DNA of 61,114 nucleotides, counting the filler. It is 12 parts of 12 records of this genome, joined end to end, with 100 filler letters (N's around TTAATTAATTAA, not from the genome) between each part and the next. Parts side by side here need not be neighbours in the genome. Positions count along the whole stretch, not along the records: positions 57,635 to 61,114 come from SRR15195285_4171; 11 more parts are not named here. One strand, 5' to 3'. Position 1 is the stretch's first letter. Every line of letters starts with the position of its first letter. The notes beneath the pieces are model-generated. The model was not told the origin of the DNA, ran no database searches, and worked only from the letters and a program-made list of their open reading frames with translations. A program made the translations under genes and the position numbers. Of the stretch, positions 57,939-61,114 are shown piece after piece.

Positions 57939-60053
57939 TCACGTATCGTTCCACAGTTGCTTCGGAGCACCTGACTCGACAGGGCCCGGGCTCCTACTGG
58001 CGTCGCCAGCCTGTGGGGACGTCGACGCAGAAACAAGGGCCATGTCAGGTCCAGTCTGTGTAGAAATAGCCCCAGTTTGTGTGTTTGCCTCTGCATCTGA
58101 TCCGCCTGTGCTGTCCGCCAACAGACCTCCGGCCTCGTCGTACTGCTGGGTTGCATCGACGACTGTATCATCCGGAGCAAACTTCTTGAGGCGCTCCAGT
58201 TTGGGAAAGTTGACCTGTGTAGCGGCATCATCGCCTGGCATGACAGTTTGCACTCCGATGTCGATCGGTCTCGCGCCCTGGGCCTCTAGCGTCTTCTTGA
58301 GGCGCTCTGTCTCGAACTTATGGTAGCGCTGCATCTGCTCAGCGGAGAAGACCTGCTCACGTATGTCCTCGTACTTATCCACCAGCGCTTGCTGCAACGT
58401 GAGCAGCTGAGCATCCTGGTCGTGGATGCGGTCGACGAGATTGGCCACCTTATCTTGCCACTCGGCGGTGTGTCTCTGCTCCTCTTTCAGCTTCTGCTGC
58501 TGAATCTTCGCGTCGTTCTTCAGGCGCACAATGAGCTCATCTCTGTGGTCCCTCTCTGTGATCAACCCGGCCACACGCTCCTTCAGCGGATTGACCTGCG
58601 CCGCCACCGCCTCCACCTCACGCTTCGCTTCATCCAACCGCCGCCTCGCGGCCTCCATAGATCGCAGCTTCTCCTCCTGCCTGCCTTTGTGCTGCTCGAG
58701 CTGTTCGATCGTGGCGGCTCTCGATGTCGCCTTGAGCTTCCAGTCCGTCTCGGCCGCCTCGCACCGTCGCAAATCGCCGCGCATAATGTTGAGCGCGTCG
58801 TGAAGGTGTTTGGCCTCATCGATGTGGCGCTGCAGCTTCTCCATGTTCGCCACCTCCATTTTCTTAACTCGCGACATGAACAGTGCCTGCTGCTTCCGCA
58901 CCTCCGACTCGTGCTGCTGCTCCACCACCTTCCTCGCCTTGCGCTCCGCCAATTTGTGCTCAACAAACTCCTGCTCGAGCGCCTTGAACTCCTTGATCTT
59001 GTCGTCTCTCTCCAGCCGCACCAGCGTCAGATCACCCCTCGCCTTGTCGCATGCTGCCCTCACCTCGAGGTTCTCCACCGTCAGAAGCTCGCTCTGCTTC
59101 TTCGCGTTCGTGGCCACGTGCTCGAGGTGCTCGCAGCGAGCCTTGAGCGCCTCGTGCTCGGTCAGCAGCGCCTCAGCCTTCTCCGTCCGCAGGCTCATGC
59201 TCGTCAGCTTGCTCTGGAGCTCGCCCACTTCAACTTGCAGCCGCTCCTTTTCCTTCTTGTCCGAGGCATCGCGCGCGCGCTGCTCCAGCAGCTCCTCCCG
59301 CTCCTTCGCCAGCTCGGCGATCTTGACCTCGACCGCCGCCTTCTCCCGGTCCATCTGCTCCTGGAAGCCGGCCGCCGCATCCCTCATCATCGCCTCGTGC
59401 ATCCTTTCCAAGCGCTCGAGGTCCTCGGTCTTCTTCCTCAGCTCAAGAGCGAGCCTGTCGTAGTCCTCGCGGGTGAAGCCGTTCTCGGACTGCAGCTCGT
59501 CCAGCAGCACCTGGCACTTTTGCTTCTCCTCCTCGTGTTGCTGCGCGCGCTTCGACGCCAGCACGGCACGATTCTCGACGGCCCGCAGCTTCGTCAGGGC
59601 CCGGTCGCGCTCCCTCTCGGCCTTGTCGAGGAGCAGGACCTTCTGCTCCAGCGCCTTCTCCGTCTTCGTCCGCGCGGCGGCCGAGCCCCAGTCGACGGCC
59701 GCCTTCAGCGCGTCCTTCTCGGCCTCCAGCTCGCTCTGCGCCCGGTTCGCCGCGGTGAGCCTCTTCGCCATCTGGTGCCGCTCCTTGCCGGCCTGCACCG
59801 CGCGCCGCGCCTCCTTCTCCAGCAGGTGGGCGGAGCGCTTCACCCGCTCGTCCGCCGCGGCTAGCGCGCCGGCGTTCCCCGACATGTCGTTGGCCAGGTA
59901 GCTCCGCGCCGCCGCGACGACGTCCCCCTCGCTGCGCGACACGTGGATCGAGCCCCCCGCGCCGTACGGCTGTGTGCTGCCCTCCGCGTGGTCCCCAAGC
60001 GGCGGCAGCACCCCCAGGCTGGAGCCCCACTCCTTCATCGATAACGACCACAC
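57939..60053 (-). CDS. Long coiled-coil protein, family unknown; 5' end uncertain
   Basis: 704-aa ORF rich in E/K/A/L heptads. Confidence 0.75.
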   Translation of the reverse strand: MWSLSMKEWGSSLGVLPPLGDHAEGSTQPYGAGGSIHVSRSEGDVVAAARSYLANDMSGNAGALAAADERVKRSAHLLEKEARRAVQAGKERHQMAKRLTAANRAQSELEAEKDALKAAVDWGSAAARTKTEKALEQKVLLLDKAERERDRALTKLRAVENRAVLASKRAQQHEEEKQKCQVLLDELQSENGFTREDYDRLALELRKKTEDLERLERMHEAMMRDAAAGFQEQMDREKAAVEVKIAELAKEREELLEQRARDASDKKEKERLQVEVGELQSKLTSMSLRTEKAEALLTEHEALKARCEHLEHVATNAKKQSELLTVENLEVRAACDKARGDLTLVRLERDDKIKEFKALEQEFVEHKLAERKARKVVEQQHESEVRKQQALFMSRVKKMEVANMEKLQRHIDEAKHLHDALNIMRGDLRRCEAAETDWKLKATSRAATIEQLEQHKGRQEEKLRSMEAARRRLDEAKREVEAVAAQVNPLKERVAGLITERDHRDELIVRLKNDAKIQQQKLKEEQRHTAEWQDKVANLVDRIHDQDAQLLTLQQALVDKYEDIREQVFSAEQMQRYHKFETERLKKTLEAQGARPIDIGVQTVMPGDDAATQVNFPKLERLKKFAPDDTVVDATQQYDEAGGLLADSTGGSDAEANTQTGAISTQTGPDMALVSASTSPQAGDASRSPGPVESGAPKQLWNDT

Positions 60054-60410
60054 CTGATCAAGCAGCTACCAGCCACCGCCTCCCCCGCCTCCGCCTCCGC
60101 CTCCCCCACCTCCGCCTCCTTCAGCCCCTCGCCGTCGCTGCTGCTGTCGCTGCCACTACATGGCCCCGAGCGTCGCTCAGGGTGCTCTGATCAACCCTCT
60201 GACCGCCCTAAGACCCCCCCGCTCACCAGAGGGTCCTGACCACTTCCGAGAGCTAGGAGACCACCAGCTCCGAGCGCCCCCACAGCAGCAGCAACGCAGC
60301 CGCCGCCATGCCGAGCGACACAGTGCGCCCCCCGTCCTTCACCGTACTTGTACTGCACTGCACGCGCACAGCGGGGGCACAGCACGCTGCCGTGCGCGGC
60401 CACGCTGCTG

Positions 60411-60564
60411 CACCACCAGCACCGGCACCACCAGCACCACCGGCACCTGCACCAGCAGCAGCAGCGCCAGCAGCAGCAGCACCAGCAGCAGCGCCAGCAG
60501 CAGCAGCAGCCCTAATGTGAACAGCAGCACCAGCAGCCCTAATGTGAACAGCAGCAGCAGCAGC
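60411..60564. repeat. Low-complexity CAG/CAC triplet-like tract with duplicated agcagccctaatgtgaacagcagca
   Basis: Direct reading. Confidence 0.85.
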
Positions 60565-61114
60565 CCCTGTGCGGTGTGCAACCGTCCACTGCCATACAGT
60601 ACAGGACACTATATCTAGGATACAGCCTTACCGGTAGGACCAGAATTCTGAACACGAAATACCGTGTATGCCGATACTATAGTATGGCGGAGAGATCTAG
60701 CTAGATCCTGCATTATGCTATACTGGTACTGTACTGTAGCGGAGGCATTGACATGCAAATTGCACCGGGATGCAGAGCCGTTGCAATGTGACCCGTTCGT
60801 GACATGAGCGGATGATCAAGATCATGGCATGGCTGCAACTTGCACGGGTCAAGCGCCGGGGTACATATACTTTGCGTTGCAATTCCTGCGCCCCGTTGGC
60901 CGTTGCGTCAGTAGCGTTCAGGTTCACGTATTACGAGTCGGTCCCACGCCGGTGGGAGGGGGATTCCGGGAATACGCAATCCCGAATCCCGTAAACTCTT
61001 CGATCAACTACGTACAGTACTAGTAGAATTCAATTATACGTAGGATCCTATTATACATTACAGTACAGTTAGAACGAGACAGAAGAGCGCGGTTGCCGTA
61101 CAATTTCGAGCGCG

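Noticed and set aside
58320-59864. 514-aa Leu-rich ORF on the + strand
   Set aside because: Antisense shadow of the coiled-coil gene (GAG/AAG/CAG codons read as Leu on the opposite strand).
60511-60542. CCCTAA as a telomeric repeat
   Set aside because: Two isolated copies inside a local duplication, not a tandem array.

Overview
This window is not one locus. It is 12 eukaryotic contigs joined by 11 artificial 100-nt linkers (N44-TTAATTAATTAA-N44), so gene neighbourhoods across linkers mean nothing. The DNA is GC-rich and gene-dense, with short GT-AG introns (donors GTGCGY/GTGAG/GTACG/GTAAG). This fits an assembled genome of an uncultured, probably heterotrophic protist; the lineage cannot be fixed by eye. 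Recognisable genes: condensin II CAP-D3, a MORN-repeat protein, an alpha/beta hydrolase, a PAP2/FIT-like membrane phosphatase, adenosine kinase, GH105 and GH78 rhamnose-active hydrolases, an SLC44 choline-transporter-like protein, an ACF1/BAZ1A-like chromatin factor, a Trm5-like methyltransferase, an SLC12A9-like cotransporter, an HXXXD acyltransferase, a full-size ABCD transporter, and an Mx-like dynamin. The best novelty candidate fills contig 3 (13780-17555). After one predicted splice it reads as a single protein: LRR, Cys-rich region, coiled coil, group XII-type phospholipase A2 plus hydrophobic hairpin (bracketed by two RRLQ motifs), coiled coil, beta-rich domain. I infer a processed, toxin-like effector. 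Also notable are an Mx-like GTPase with a variant G4 motif and a stalk insertion, a TIR domain visible only after splicing, and a frameshifted Polinton/Maverick-type integrase remnant. All family calls come from motif recognition by eye; no searches were run.
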